From an uncultured cyanobacterium (GTDB lineage Bacteria; Cyanobacteriota; Cyanobacteriia; PCC-9006; JAAUQQ01): DNA of 64,000 nt. The notes under the pieces were generated by a model. That model saw only the letters and a program-made list of their open reading frames with translations, was not told where the DNA came from and ran no database searches. Made by a program: the position numbers and the translations under genes. The stretch spans positions 3,040,001-3,104,000 of the forward strand of contig OY970368.1 of NCBI GenBank assembly GCA_963718615.1. The letters run 5' to 3'. Of this stretch, positions 10,809 to 20,997 are shown piece after piece. Numbering within the stretch: the first letter of the stretch is position 1; each line of letters starts with the position of its first letter.

Positions 10809-11138
10809 ATGGCAGAACCGATCCCGCCAGTGACCTTGCCCCCCTCAGAGGATCTGCTTCAAGAAGGGGCATGGTTAACAGATGCGCTACAACGCTGGCT
10901 CGATCGTCAGTTTATCCCCGAGGACGTGAACCGCAAAATTGCCCAACGCGCTTCCCAAGTCTATGTGCGGCAGCGGATGGAAGGGGAAGATGACTTAGGT
11001 TCAATCGTGATCGCCATAGTCGTAGAGATGCGATCCTTCGATTTTTCCAATAGCTTTTTTGGCGAATTTTCTGTAGCCAACTCGGTCAGCGAATTGCTGA
11101 TGGATCGCTTGGGAATTCAGCCCTGTTGCGAAGGTTAA
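10809..11138 (+). CDS. conserved cyanobacterial hypothetical protein
   Basis: MAEPIPPVTLP...WLDRQFIPE...YVRQRMEGE...F.VAN; resembles a cyanobacterial/plastid family from recall. Confidence 0.75.
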   Translation: MAEPIPPVTLPPSEDLLQEGAWLTDALQRWLDRQFIPEDVNRKIAQRASQVYVRQRMEGEDDLGSIVIAIVVEMRSFDFSNSFFGEFSVANSVSELLMDRLGIQPCCEG

Positions 11139-11203
11139 TGGCAAAGGCAAAGGTAAAGACTAAGGGGAGCTAGAAACCCAACCCCCCTCAACGTTCAAGC
11201 CAA

Positions 11204-11506
11204 TTACCAGCTCGATTTGACTACGCCAGGCAGCAAACCGGCGTGGGCCTTTTCCCGAAGCTGGTTGCGACACAGACCAAAATCCCGGTAGTAGCCACGG
11301 GGACGACCCGTTGCCCAGCAGCGATTTCTAACTCGCGTGGGCGAGCTGTTCCGGGGAAGCTGCTGAAGCTTCCGGTGAATCTCCAGCTTTTCCTTTTGAT
11401 TCGTTGCGTTTTCAAACTCTTCCTTTAGCGCTTTGCGCTTATCCGCATACCGGGCGACAAGTTCTTTACGCTTCTCGTCCCGTGCGATCATGGATTTCTT
11501 GGCCAT
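11204..11506 (-). CDS. rpsN: 30S ribosomal protein S14 (long, non-Zn type)
   Basis: MAKKSMIAR...[19 protein letters not shown]...LPGVVKSSW. Confidence 0.98.
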   Translation of the reverse strand: MAKKSMIARDEKRKELVARYADKRKALKEEFENATNQKEKLEIHRKLQQLPRNSSPTRVRNRCWATGRPRGYYRDFGLCRNQLREKAHAGLLPGVVKSSW

Positions 11507-11568
11507 GAATTGCCCCGGTCCCTTAGTAGTTCGTTTAGACAGCGTTTTCCATGATAGCTCAAAAAGGG

Positions 11569-13761
11569 TCAGGTGTCTGGATGGATTTGCTCTTTTGGGT
11601 GCTCTTTTTGGGGGTGGTCATTCATTGCTGCTTCGGCAGGGGTGAGAGCACTGTGAACCTGTTCCTGGAAAACATCAAGGTCAAGCCAGAACGTTGTTCC
11701 CACGCCGACTTCGCTGACCAAATGCATTTTGCTGCGGTGGCGATCGACAATATTGCGCACGATCGAAAGACCCAGTCCCGTGCCTTCCAAGGTATGGACG
11801 CGGTTCTCAACCCGAAAGAAGCGATCGAAAATGGCTTCTTGGTCTTCGGGGTCGATGCCAATGCCGGTATCAGAAATCTCGATCCGCACCTTTTGCAGTT
11901 CTACGCTAGAGGCCGCATGCCCCTGTAAGGTGAAAATTTGGGGGGCGAGGGAATAGGCGCGCAGCACGACCCGCCCGCCTGCGCTGGTGAATTTGAGGGA
12001 GTTGCCTACCAGGTTCGTGAGGACTTGCAAAATCAAATCGTAGTTGCCATAAACCAACGGCAGCTGATCGGCAGCTTCGTGGGTCATTTCAATGCCTTTA
12101 TCCTTGGCATTGAGCCGGTGGGTCCGCAGGGTTTGGTCGATGGCTTGGCCAATATCAACGGCATCAAAATGATAGCTGCGGTTAGACTCTAGGCGGGATA
12201 GGTCAAGAACATCGTTGACGAGACGAGCGAGGCGGTCGGTTTCGCTGTTGGCAGTCGCTAAAAACTCCTGTCGTTCGGTATCCGACAATTCATCCCCGTA
12301 GTCATGGAGCGTCTCAATGAAGGACTTGATATTAAACAGGGGGGTCCGCAGTTCGTGGGAGACGTTGCTAATAAACTGGCTTTTCGCTTCGTTGAGTTCC
12401 GCCTCGCGGGTGACATCTTGAACCGTAATGGCGATGCCTTTGACGGTCGATAGGTTTTGGTCAGACACCTTGGATAACAAAATTCGCAGCGTCCGGCGAA
12501 TGGGTTCTTCGAGGCTGAGACGAAGCTCGGTGGCTTCGCGGGATGTCTCCAGCAGTTCGCTGGCGCTGGCTGGGTTCAGCAGGTGAAGCTGGGTATCGAT
12601 ATCAACATGATGACGGTTGTCAAACCTAGCGCTACTGGCTTCAAAACCGCTTAATTCGACGGCGGATGGCGCGGATGTGGAGGTGAGGGCGAGGGAGGGG
12701 GCGATCGCATCCATGCCTTCCGGGGAAAGCCCCTCTTGCAAGAGCCGCGCGAGGGGTTCGCTAAGTTCTAGCCGCAGGCTATGGGGCAAATTCGGCAGGA
12801 GGCTTTCTCCAGAAACCTCAATGCCTTGCCAGTTAAACAGTCGCCGAGCCGTGGGGTTGGCGAGTAAGACTCGGAGATCGGTGTCGACTAGAACGGCACC
12901 GTCGGCAATGGTGCTCATGAGGGTTTCGAGCTTGGCTTTTTCGGCGGTGAGCTCTTCGATATTTTGGGCGTCGTAGCATTCGAGGCGATCGCCCATCTCA
13001 TTAAAACTGCGAATCAGCTCCCCCAGCTCTCCGCCAAAGGGCAAATTAATCCGCTGCTTGAAATTCCCCTCCGCAATACTTTTGACCCCCTCGGACAGTT
13101 CCTTGATCGGTCGGGTAATGGTCAGGGCATTGATGACCGCACCGAGAATCACCATGGCCCAAATGGCGATGAAGACGGCGATCGTCACGTCGCGAGTGAT
13201 GTGGGAGGAGGTGACAACAATGGCATTGGGGTTGATGCCAATGGCTAAAATTCCAAGATACTTGCCCTCGTGAATTAGCGGCACAAACACATCCGTGACT
13301 TCACCGTAGGGGGTTTTGTGTTGCCGCACCATGGGAATATCGGTGTTCTTCTGGAAATTTTCTGGTAGCTGAATCCGGCGTTCAATGGTTAACGAGTTTT
13401 GGACCTCAGAGCGAGAAAAGGGAATTCCCAGAAAAATTTCCCCATCTTCGTCCGCATAGATGAGATAGCGAATGCTGGTGGTGTTGTTGTAGAACCGATA
13501 GGAAAACTTGGCGACTTCGGCCAGATCCTCTTCCGCGAGCAGAGGGGCTACGTTTGTAGAGAGCAGAAGCCCTAGGTCACGACCAAAGCGGGTGTCGTTC
13601 ATGCGGGCATCCTGCTGGATGCTGTTCACGGCCCAAAACGTTAGCCCAGTGGTCATGAGCGAAACAATGAGCGTCGCCAGAACCATGAGCTTGGTTTGCA
13701 GCGTAAATTCCGACCACCAGCGGTCAAACCGAGCTTTGAGCTGTCTCAGGAGCGCTAGCAT
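11569..13761 (-). CDS. nblS: multi-stress sensor histidine kinase NblS/Hik33/DspA
   Basis: [26 protein letters not shown], 2 TM-HAMP-PAS-HisKA (SHELRTP)-HATPase ([15 protein letters not shown]); downstream of purD. Confidence 0.93.
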   Translation of the reverse strand: MLALLRQLKARFDRWWSEFTLQTKLMVLATLIVSLMTTGLTFWAVNSIQQDARMNDTRFGRDLGLLLSTNVAPLLAEEDLAEVAKFSYRFYNNTTSIRYLIYADEDGEIFLGIPFSRSEVQNSLTIERRIQLPENFQKNTDIPMVRQHKTPYGEVTDVFVPLIHEGKYLGILAIGINPNAIVVTSSHITRDVTIAVFIAIWAMVILGAVINALTITRPIKELSEGVKSIAEGNFKQRINLPFGGELGELIRSFNEMGDRLECYDAQNIEELTAEKAKLETLMSTIADGAVLVDTDLRVLLANPTARRLFNWQGIEVSGESLLPNLPHSLRLELSEPLARLLQEGLSPEGMDAIAPSLALTSTSAPSAVELSGFEASSARFDNRHHVDIDTQLHLLNPASASELLETSREATELRLSLEEPIRRTLRILLSKVSDQNLSTVKGIAITVQDVTREAELNEAKSQFISNVSHELRTPLFNIKSFIETLHDYGDELSDTERQEFLATANSETDRLARLVNDVLDLSRLESNRSYHFDAVDIGQAIDQTLRTHRLNAKDKGIEMTHEAADQLPLVYGNYDLILQVLTNLVGNSLKFTSAGGRVVLRAYSLAPQIFTLQGHAASSVELQKVRIEISDTGIGIDPEDQEAIFDRFFRVENRVHTLEGTGLGLSIVRNIVDRHRSKMHLVSEVGVGTTFWLDLDVFQEQVHSALTPAEAAMNDHPQKEHPKEQIHPDT

Positions 13762-13819
13762 GCCAGGAGTCCCAATTGCTTCTGAATCCTTGTCGTTTCC
13801 CGCATTTCCGTTTCCCGCA

Positions 13820-15100
13820 TTATTGAGCAACTCGGACTTGATAGCCAATATCGCGGCGATAGTAGCAGTCGTCAAACTGGATTTGGGCGATCGCCCCATA
13901 GGCTGCATCAAAGGCCTGGTCAAAGGTCTCCGCCACTTGGGTCACGGCTAAGACCCGACCGCCTGCCGTCAAGATTTGGCCCTTGTCTTCCTGGGTTCCG
14001 GCATGAAACACCTGAGCCCCTTGGGCTTCAGCGGCGGCAATGCCCTGAATTGCATCACCCTTGCGATAGTCACCGGGATAGCCCCCGGCGGCAGCAACGA
14101 CACAGGCCGAGACCCCAGGCTTCCATTCTAGGGGGGGCATTTCTCCAAGGCACTGGTCTACACAGGCCAAGAGCACCTCAACTAAGGGGGTTTCCAATAA
14201 TGGCAACAGGGCTTGGGTTTCCGGATCGCCAAACCGGCAGTTGAATTCAATCACTTGGGGGTCGCCCTCGGGGGTGATCATCAGTCCGGCGTAGAGGATG
14301 CCCCGATAGTCGATACCCCGTTGTTTGAGGGTGGCGATCGTGGGTTCCAAGACTTCGGTTTGAATCCGCTGGAGCAATGCTGGCGTCACCAACGGGGCCG
14401 GGGCATAGGCTCCCATGCCACCCGTATTGGGTCCCGTGTCCCCTTCGCCAATGCGTTTGTGGTCCTGGGCTGGGGCGAGGGGGCGAATGGTTTTGCCATC
14501 GGTAAACGCTAGGACAGAGGCCTCAGCCCCCTGGAGACAGTCTTCGATCACCACGAGTTGACCGGCTGTGCCGAAAATTCCAGAAAAGGCAGCGTCGATA
14601 GCCGCTTCGGCTTCTTCAATAGTGGCAGCGACGGTGACGCCCTTGCCAGCCGCTAGGCCATCGGCTTTGATCACAATGGGCGCGCCCTGTTCGCGCACGT
14701 AGGATTTGGCGGCCTGGGCCACCTGAAACACCTTGGAGGCAGCGGTGGGGACCTGGGCTTCCATCATCAGGGCCTTGGCCCAGGCTTTGCTGGCTTCGAT
14801 TTGGGCTCCGGCTCGGCTGGGACCGAACACTGCTAAACCCCGTTCCTGGAGGAAATCGGTAATGCCCTGGGCAAGGGGGACTTCGGGACCCACAACGACT
14901 AAGGCGACGTCATGATCCTTAGCGGTTTGGGCGATCGCCTCAAACTCCGTCACGCCAATGTTCCAGTTGGTGCAGCGTGGCAGCGTGGCTGTCCCCCCAT
15001 TGCCGGGAGCGCAAAAGACTTGTTTGACTTGGGGAGATCGCAACAGGGACCAGGCGAGGGCATGTTCCCGCCCGCCGTTTCCAACCACTAAAACGTTCAC
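13820..15100 (-). CDS. purD: phosphoribosylamine--glycine ligase
   Basis: VGNGGREHAL, KADGLAAGKGV, QDHKRIGEGDTGPNTGGMG, EFNCRFGDPE; GTG start 15100. Confidence 0.97.
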   Translation of the reverse strand: MNVLVVGNGGREHALAWSLLRSPQVKQVFCAPGNGGTATLPRCTNWNIGVTEFEAIAQTAKDHDVALVVVGPEVPLAQGITDFLQERGLAVFGPSRAGAQIEASKAWAKALMMEAQVPTAASKVFQVAQAAKSYVREQGAPIVIKADGLAAGKGVTVAATIEEAEAAIDAAFSGIFGTAGQLVVIEDCLQGAEASVLAFTDGKTIRPLAPAQDHKRIGEGDTGPNTGGMGAYAPAPLVTPALLQRIQTEVLEPTIATLKQRGIDYRGILYAGLMITPEGDPQVIEFNCRFGDPETQALLPLLETPLVEVLLACVDQCLGEMPPLEWKPGVSACVVAAAGGYPGDYRKGDAIQGIAAAEAQGAQVFHAGTQEDKGQILTAGGRVLAVTQVAETFDQAFDAAYGAIAQIQFDDCYYRRDIGYQVRVAQ

Positions 15101-15216
15101 GCTGAGTTTGCCTTTGTAGAGAAAATGGGAAATAGCGTCATTATCCCATAGTCTTTCGGAGGGCCTGGGCAACCTTATGGCGGCTTAAGAAGTTGAAAAC
15201 AGAGCGAAACATCGAT

Positions 15217-16554
15217 ATGAAAAGTTTGGCTTGGATTTGGGTTTTGGGCTTGGCTGGATGGCCAGGTATGCGGCTGTTGGCCCAGGAAGCTCCGGCGATC
15301 GCCCCTCCTCCTCCCAATATTCCAACCCTTCCCACCGAGGTCGGACCGCCAGATGTCGCAATTCCCGAGGCTATCCCTAAACCCGTCAAACGGGAACCCA
15401 ACACCCTCACCCCCGACCCCAAGGATCCCCTCCTGCCGCCTAAGACCGGCAAGGGACCGTTGGCCCCCGAGGGTCAGCAACGGGTAAGGCTAGCGGCGGC
15501 CCAGCTCGACCAGGAAGCCCAAACGGCCTATGCCCAAGGCGATCGCCCCAAGGCTTACCAACTTTGGTTCCGCGCCCTGCGGTTGCTTCAATACAGCGGT
15601 GACGTCAATGAAGAAATCGTCGCCCTCGGTCGGGTGGGAGAAAAGGCTTGGGCTGAGGGGCTAGCCCCAGAATCCCAGGCGATCGCCCAGCGTCTTCTCA
15701 TCCTCGACGCCCAAGTCAACCCCCAAACCAAAGCCGCAGCCCCGACGACTGAGCTGTTGGAGCAAACCCTCATAACCCAGGAAAAATTGGCCTTTGCCCA
15801 TGAACAGGTGGGGGCGATCGATCCAGCGATCGCTCGCTACGAATACCTCTTGGCCCGTTCCCGCGAACTCAAACGAGACGAGGACCAAGCCCGCTGGACC
15901 GGCAAACTGGCTCAGCTCAATCTCGATCGCTTCCGCTATCCCGACGCCGAAGCCTACACCCAAGACCAGCTTGCCGTTCTGCGTCGCCAGCCCCCCTTTG
16001 TGCAAAAACAGCCCGCAACCTCTGCCGAAGAAACCCGACTACTTCAGCAATTGGCCTATATCCAGGAGCAAAACCGTCAGTGGGAAGCGGCGATCGCCAC
16101 CCAGCAATCCTTGCTCAGCCGCTATCAGGATCCGGTCCTGGAATTGCCCAAGCGGCCTGCTTTGATGGTGGCGATCGCCACAAACCAAGAAAAAGCCGGT
16201 CAGCTCACCGCCGCCAGCCAAACCTACCAAGACGCCTATAAAGCCGCCCAGGCCCTCCTCCAGTTCGGCGTTTCCCACGAAGCCCTAGCCCGCCTCGGCC
16301 AGCTCTACCAGCGGCAAAACCAGGTGGAGGATGCCTTAACGGTGTACAACGTCTTGCGTCGGGTGGACGAGCTCTCCTACGACCTGTTTGGCCTTATGAC
16401 CACCCATGAGCAAATGGCCAACATTTACGAAAGCCAAGGAAATTTACCCCAGGCGCGCCAAGCCCTCCAACAGGCCCTCCACCTCGCCCGTCAGCTCAAT
16501 TATCGAGAAGCCGAAGTCGCCCAAAAGCTAGCAGCCCTGCCTACAGAAGAATAG
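15217..16554 (+). CDS. exported tetratricopeptide-repeat protein
   Basis: Signal-like N-terminus, Pro-rich linker, repeated TPR-like helices. Confidence 0.75.
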   Translation: MKSLAWIWVLGLAGWPGMRLLAQEAPAIAPPPPNIPTLPTEVGPPDVAIPEAIPKPVKREPNTLTPDPKDPLLPPKTGKGPLAPEGQQRVRLAAAQLDQEAQTAYAQGDRPKAYQLWFRALRLLQYSGDVNEEIVALGRVGEKAWAEGLAPESQAIAQRLLILDAQVNPQTKAAAPTTELLEQTLITQEKLAFAHEQVGAIDPAIARYEYLLARSRELKRDEDQARWTGKLAQLNLDRFRYPDAEAYTQDQLAVLRRQPPFVQKQPATSAEETRLLQQLAYIQEQNRQWEAAIATQQSLLSRYQDPVLELPKRPALMVAIATNQEKAGQLTAASQTYQDAYKAAQALLQFGVSHEALARLGQLYQRQNQVEDALTVYNVLRRVDELSYDLFGLMTTHEQMANIYESQGNLPQARQALQQALHLARQLNYREAEVAQKLAALPTEE

Positions 16555-16600
16555 ACAGGGTAAAAAATAGCTTAAAAGAATAGGCGACAAGCCTGTGCGA

Positions 16601-16825
16601 CTAGCCAATTCCCAGCTGGTTGCGGCTTTTTGAAAGTTGTTTCCAGAGGGATTCGATCGCCTGAAAAGATTCCTCCGGCGAAAGCTTACCTCCGTTTTCT
16701 AACCCAGCGATGTAGCTAACGCGCTGGGCAAATTCCTGCAAATTGGCATCAAAAACAATGCCTTGAGGCGTTGCTGCGCCCTGATAGGAGCGGTATGGAT
16801 AGAGAAAGTCGTTGGCGGTTGTCAT
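16601..16825 (-). CDS. small conserved cyanobacterial protein (FDANLQEFAQRV family)
   Basis: FLYP..SY.G, FDANLQEFAQRVSYI..LE.GGKLSPEE..LWKQL motif. Confidence 0.8.
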   Translation of the reverse strand: MTTANDFLYPYRSYQGAATPQGIVFDANLQEFAQRVSYIAGLENGGKLSPEESFQAIESLWKQLSKSRNQLGIG

Positions 16826-16864
16826 CGAGTCCCCCCCGAAATTGCCACAGATTGCGATGCGCAA

Positions 16865-16894
16865 ATTAACCTTACCTTAACCCAGGCTTAACCT
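16865..16894 (+). promoter_or_regulatory. putative Pho box (SphR/PhoB site), three 11-bp-period repeats
   Basis: ATTAACCT-tac-CTTAACCC-agg-CTTAACCT matches the cyanobacterial CTTAACCT-N3 tandem consensus. Confidence 0.55.
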
Positions 16895-17010
16895 AAACGC
16901 CAGTCTCACTCGCCACAGATTGTTGATTTTTAGCTTTTTTTAAAACTTTCCTTCCTGATCTTGAGGATTCAAGTACAGGAAAGTACTTTCCCCATTTTCT
17001 CTTTGGTTTT

Positions 17011-17056
17011 TGGGCTTCGGTTCGTGGGCTTCGGTTTGTGGGCTTCGGTTTATGGG
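17011..17056. repeat. 14-bp tandem repeat TGGGCTTCGGTT(C/T)G x3
   Basis: Directly visible upstream of purC. Confidence 0.8.
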
Positions 17057-17105
17057 GGTTCCAGGACCGATAAGATTGGAAAGCGAATCATTTTGGTGCT
17101 CAACG

Positions 17106-17831
17106 ATGACGTCCCCTCAGCCGCTTTACGAAGGCAAGGCCAAAATTATTTATCCCACGGATGATCCCCAGGTCCTGCGGGCCTATTACAAAGACGATGC
17201 CACGGCCTTCAACGCCCAAAAGCGCGGCACCATCACAGGCAAAGGTGCAATCAACTGTACGGTTTCTAGCTATCTCTTCCAAACCCTCGCCGCCGCAGGC
17301 ATTTCAACCCATTGGCAGGGACAGCCCTCTGAGCGAGAAATGCTGGTCAGCGCGGTCAAAATTATTCCTCTAGAGGTGGTTGTCAGGAACATTGCAGCGG
17401 GGAGTCTCTGTCAACAAACAGGTATTCCCTTCGGTACGGTTTTGGAGACGCCCCTCGTGGATTTCTATTACAAGGATGATGCGCTTGGGGATCCCCTCTT
17501 AACCCCAGCCCGGATCCAACTGCTGCAGGTGGCAACACCAACACAGGTGGATCAACTGACGCAAATGTCCTTGACCGTGAACCAGCAGCTCAGCCAATTT
17601 TTCCGAGACTGTGACATTACGCTCGTCGATTTCAAGCTGGAGTATGGCCTGGATACTTCGGGCCAAATTCTTCTAGCAGACGAAATCAGTCCCGACACCT
17701 GCCGTCTCTGGGACTTGCAAGAACCGGATCCAGAGCGTCGTGTGATGGATAAGGATCGGTTTCGCAAGGATCTCGGACAGGTGGAAGAGGCTTATCAGCG
17801 CGTTTTAGAGCGGGTTCTGGCCCACTGTTAG
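17106..17831 (+). CDS. purC: SAICAR synthetase
   Basis: LYEGKAK, KDDATAFN, IPLEVVVRN, LVDFKLEYG, LADEISPDTCRLWD. Confidence 0.97.
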   Translation: MTSPQPLYEGKAKIIYPTDDPQVLRAYYKDDATAFNAQKRGTITGKGAINCTVSSYLFQTLAAAGISTHWQGQPSEREMLVSAVKIIPLEVVVRNIAAGSLCQQTGIPFGTVLETPLVDFYYKDDALGDPLLTPARIQLLQVATPTQVDQLTQMSLTVNQQLSQFFRDCDITLVDFKLEYGLDTSGQILLADEISPDTCRLWDLQEPDPERRVMDKDRFRKDLGQVEEAYQRVLERVLAHC

Positions 17832-17969
17832 TGCTGGCTGTGGGATGGGTTAAGATGATTCCGATTTGACGGACCGGCTATATCGGGCTGAGGGTATTGT
17901 ACGAAAGCCGTATGGTACTCAATGCTCTGAAAGGGTTGGTTGCTGTGGTGTGGAGATGTGCATAAAACT

Positions 17970-20288
17970 GTGAGTCGCAAATTGAATCGTAACTTCTATC
18001 TATATTCGACGGTCCTTGCCGCGATCGCAGCCTCTGCTGCTCCGGGTTGGGCCATGCCTGGGGCGGAGTCCGACGCAGGGCAATCTCAATTGCCCGTCAC
18101 CGTTGAAACCTCGATTAATGAAACCCCGATTAATTTGGCGTTTCCCGAGCCTGCCGCGCCCCTTGAACCTGCCCTTGAACCTGCCCTTGAACCTGCCTTT
18201 GAGCCTTTTGTAAGCGAACCTGCCGTTGAACCTACTTTAGAGACCTCCCTGGAAGTCAGCCCAACCCCTCCGCCTGAATTTTCCCCAGAGGGCGCGGAGT
18301 TCATGGCGGATCAGCCAGTTGCGGATCAGCCGGTTGCGGATCAGCCCATTGCGCAGCAGATGCCAAGCACGACACCGCCAGCCGCACCAACCGCACCCGC
18401 CCCGGCGGCTCCAGCTCCAACCGCGCCTGGAAGCGAGGCCAGTCCAGCCCCGGCCAACGAACCTCGGGTGTTGGTTGCAGAAGTGACCGTTGAAGGGACT
18501 CAAGGAAGTCCAGAGCAGGAGTTACTCGAAGATGCGGTTTATGGGGCAATTCGCACCCAGCCTGGACAAACCACGACGAGCTCGCAACTACAGGCGGATC
18601 TCAACGCCATCTTTGCGACAGGTTATTTTTCCAATGTCAATTTCCGCCCGGAAGATACACCTTTGGGGGTGCGGGTGGTCTTTATTGTGGATCCTAACCC
18701 GATCTTGCAAAGTGTCACCACTGCCGATACCCAGGTCCTTCCGGCGGAAGTGGTTCAAAACATCTTTGAGCCCCAGTACGGCAAGACCTTGAACTTTAAC
18801 GATTTGCAAAGTGGCGTCAAGCGAATTAACGCTTGGTACCAAGACAATGGCTATGTGCTGGCCCAGGTGGTTGACGCCACGCAAATTTCTGAGGATGGCC
18901 AGGTTTCGCTGGCGGTGGCGGAAGGCGTTGTGGATAGCCTAGATGTCCGCTTTTTGGATGCGGATGGCAATCCTACCGATGCCAATGGCGAGCCGGTTCG
19001 CGGACGGACGAAGCCCTATATCGTCACGCGCGAATTTTCGCTCAAGCCAGGTGATGTCTTTAATCGGCAGCAGGCTGAGCGTGACTTGCAGCGGGTGTTT
19101 GGCCTTGGCATCTTTCAAGATGTCCGTCTTTCCCTGGACCCGGCCCCCGAAGACCCACGCAAAGTAGTGGTGGTGGCGAATGTTATTGAATCCCGTACCG
19201 GCAATATCGGTGCGACGGGCGGGATTAGCTCCTCCAGCGGCTTGTTTGGTTCTGTGAGTTTGGGACAGGACAACTTCCGTGGCCGTAACCAAAAGCTGCG
19301 GTCTGAGGTCACGTTAGGGCAACGGGATTTTCTGTTTGACGTGGGCTTTACCGATCCTTGGATCAAGGGGGATCCCTACCGAACGTCCTACACGGTGAAC
19401 GCGTTCCGTCGGCGATCGATTTCGCTCAATTATTCAGGGGGCGATCGCGATATTGACCTGCCCAACGGGGATACCCCTCGGATTCTCAGAATTGGTGGCG
19501 GTGTGCGCTTCTCCCGTCCTTTATCCCAAAATCTTTTTGAACCCGCTGAGTGGAATGCCTCCCTCGGGTTGCAGTATCAGCGCGTGTATATTCGCGATGA
19601 GGATGGTGACTCGGTTTCTGTGGATGAGTTGGGCAATGATCTAACCTTCAGTGGCGATGACTTTGATGATTTGGTCACCTTCCAGTTGGGCTTGGCGCGC
19701 GATCGCCGCAACAGTCCCATACAGCCTACCCAAGGAAGCATCACTCGTTTCAATATCGAACAATCGGTGCCCGTGGGCAGCGGCAGTATTTTCATGAACC
19801 GGCTGCGGGTTAATCACAGCCAATATCTGCCGGTGCGCTATCTACGCTTTACCGATGGCTGCCGTAAGGACAGCCCGAGCCCCGATGAATGTCCCCAAAC
19901 CTTGGCCTTTAATGTCCAGGCCGGGACGATCTTGGGTGACCTACCGCCCTACGAAGCCTTCTCCTTGGGGGGGGCAAACTCAATTCGAGGCTATGGCGAA
20001 GGGGAAGTGGGCAGTGGTCGCAGTTTCTTGCAAGCCACAGCGGAATATCGGTTCCCGCTCTTTTCGTTTGTGGGGGGTGCGCTGTTTGCCGATTTCGGAA
20101 CAGATTTGGGGACAGGTGACAATGTACCGGGTAACCCCGCAGGGGTCCGCGAGAAACCGGGCAGTGGCTATGGTGTGGGTTTAGGGGTGCGGGTGCGATC
20201 GCCCCTAGGACCTATTCGGGCTGACTATACAGTCCTCAGCGACGATGGTGATCAGCGATTCCAATTTGGTATCGGTGAACGCTTCTAG
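17970..20288 (+). CDS. bamA: Omp85/BamA outer-membrane beta-barrel assembly protein
   Basis: Signal peptide, Pro/Glu-rich repeats (PALE, ADQP), POTRA-like segments, SIRGY motif, C-terminal FGIGERF; start codon uncertain. Confidence 0.92.
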   Translation: MSRKLNRNFYLYSTVLAAIAASAAPGWAMPGAESDAGQSQLPVTVETSINETPINLAFPEPAAPLEPALEPALEPAFEPFVSEPAVEPTLETSLEVSPTPPPEFSPEGAEFMADQPVADQPVADQPIAQQMPSTTPPAAPTAPAPAAPAPTAPGSEASPAPANEPRVLVAEVTVEGTQGSPEQELLEDAVYGAIRTQPGQTTTSSQLQADLNAIFATGYFSNVNFRPEDTPLGVRVVFIVDPNPILQSVTTADTQVLPAEVVQNIFEPQYGKTLNFNDLQSGVKRINAWYQDNGYVLAQVVDATQISEDGQVSLAVAEGVVDSLDVRFLDADGNPTDANGEPVRGRTKPYIVTREFSLKPGDVFNRQQAERDLQRVFGLGIFQDVRLSLDPAPEDPRKVVVVANVIESRTGNIGATGGISSSSGLFGSVSLGQDNFRGRNQKLRSEVTLGQRDFLFDVGFTDPWIKGDPYRTSYTVNAFRRRSISLNYSGGDRDIDLPNGDTPRILRIGGGVRFSRPLSQNLFEPAEWNASLGLQYQRVYIRDEDGDSVSVDELGNDLTFSGDDFDDLVTFQLGLARDRRNSPIQPTQGSITRFNIEQSVPVGSGSIFMNRLRVNHSQYLPVRYLRFTDGCRKDSPSPDECPQTLAFNVQAGTILGDLPPYEAFSLGGANSIRGYGEGEVGSGRSFLQATAEYRFPLFSFVGGALFADFGTDLGTGDNVPGNPAGVREKPGSGYGVGLGVRVRSPLGPIRADYTVLSDDGDQRFQFGIGERF

Positions 20289-20352
20289 TGCCGCTAGAGC
20301 ACCCGCTGTTAGGTTAGCCAAGTCTTAATCCGTTCTGAGCAAATTCTGAGTC

Positions 20353-20386
20353 AGGCCAATGCAATGCATTGGCCTATTTTTTCTTT
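20353..20386 (+). terminator. intrinsic terminator of purC-bamA
   Basis: AGGCCAATGC-aat-GCATTGGCCT followed by ATTTTTTCTTT. Confidence 0.8.
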
Positions 20387-20409
20387 GAGGCCCATAAGCA
20401 CAAAAAAGG

Positions 20410-20495
20410 AAAAAAGGGCTTCGTCCAGTTGGATAAAGCCCTTGCGGTGAATAGAGGTGGGTGAATCGATAGAGCCAGTCGTGACCCAATCGATT
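20410..20495 (-). ncRNA. candidate ~86 nt sRNA (unit A): 5' hairpin, C-rich linker, terminator
   Basis: AATCGAT...ATCGATT stem, CACCCACCTCTATTCACCGC linker, AAGGGCTT...AAGCCCTT + T-run; TACTGT -10-like box 6 nt upstream. Confidence 0.45.
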
Positions 20496-20607
20496 GAAAA
20501 AACAGTACGGAAAATAAGAAAAGTTTGTATAAAATCAATCTCAAAAAAGAAATTTTTATCAGTAATTTCGTTGAACTTCTAGTACCTTATTAGTAGCTGT
20601 TTGTGTG

Positions 20608-20741
20608 AAAAAATCGCCTGGCTCTATAAAGCCCCCAGAACCAGGCGAATCACCTGCAAGGACAGTTAGCTTCTCAGAGCGGTCGCAGGTTCAGGAATGA
20701 ATCTTTGGCCTGTGACCCGCTGAGTTGCTTTCCTCTTGGCT
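20608..20741 (-). ncRNA. candidate ~134 nt sRNA (unit B), paralog of unit D
   Basis: Starts AGCCAAGAGGAA, irregular stem-loop, conserved GAAGCwAACTGTCCTTGCAGGTGATT core, GC terminator + T6. Confidence 0.6.
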
Positions 20742-20747
20742 GATAGT

Positions 20748-20797
20748 ATTGTGTCAATTTTGTACTGCCTCTAGCCATGGCACATCTACGTATCTTG
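20748..20797 (-). promoter_or_regulatory. putative promoter of unit B
   Basis: CAAGATACGTAGATGTGCCATGG-N21-CACAAT-N6-A; same spacing as the unit D promoter. Confidence 0.55.
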
Positions 20798-20997
20798 AAA
20801 ATTCCTCCTAAGTCAAGATTCGTTGATTTACCTATAACTTGTGGTGGAAAAATTCTCAGAATCCTCTCTAGCGCAAAAGTCAGTTTTGGGCGGTTGAGGA
20901 TTAATTCTTGGAAAAGCTCATGACGGGCCATGAAAAAGCCGCAGTGTCCTGTCCTGCGGCTGCCCTAATTAATTTTTTCTGAATAGAAAATTAAAAT

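Noticed and set aside
13762-13923. Long N-terminal extension of NblS overlapping purD
   Set aside because: Overlaps the purD 3' end; the homologous start is MLALL at 13761
18160-18350. 12- and 15-bp tandem repeats in bamA (also in the cheA linker, 54735-55150)
   Set aside because: In-frame slippage repeats in disordered linkers; ordinary
20674-20931. 85-aa ORF and other short ORFs over units B/D (e.g. TTG-initiated MEISPLSLARGALLDEANCPCR* in D) as type I toxins
   Set aside because: Frames are not conserved between the paralogs (B has TGA right before EANCPCR) and there is no TM peptide; conservation is at RNA and promoter level
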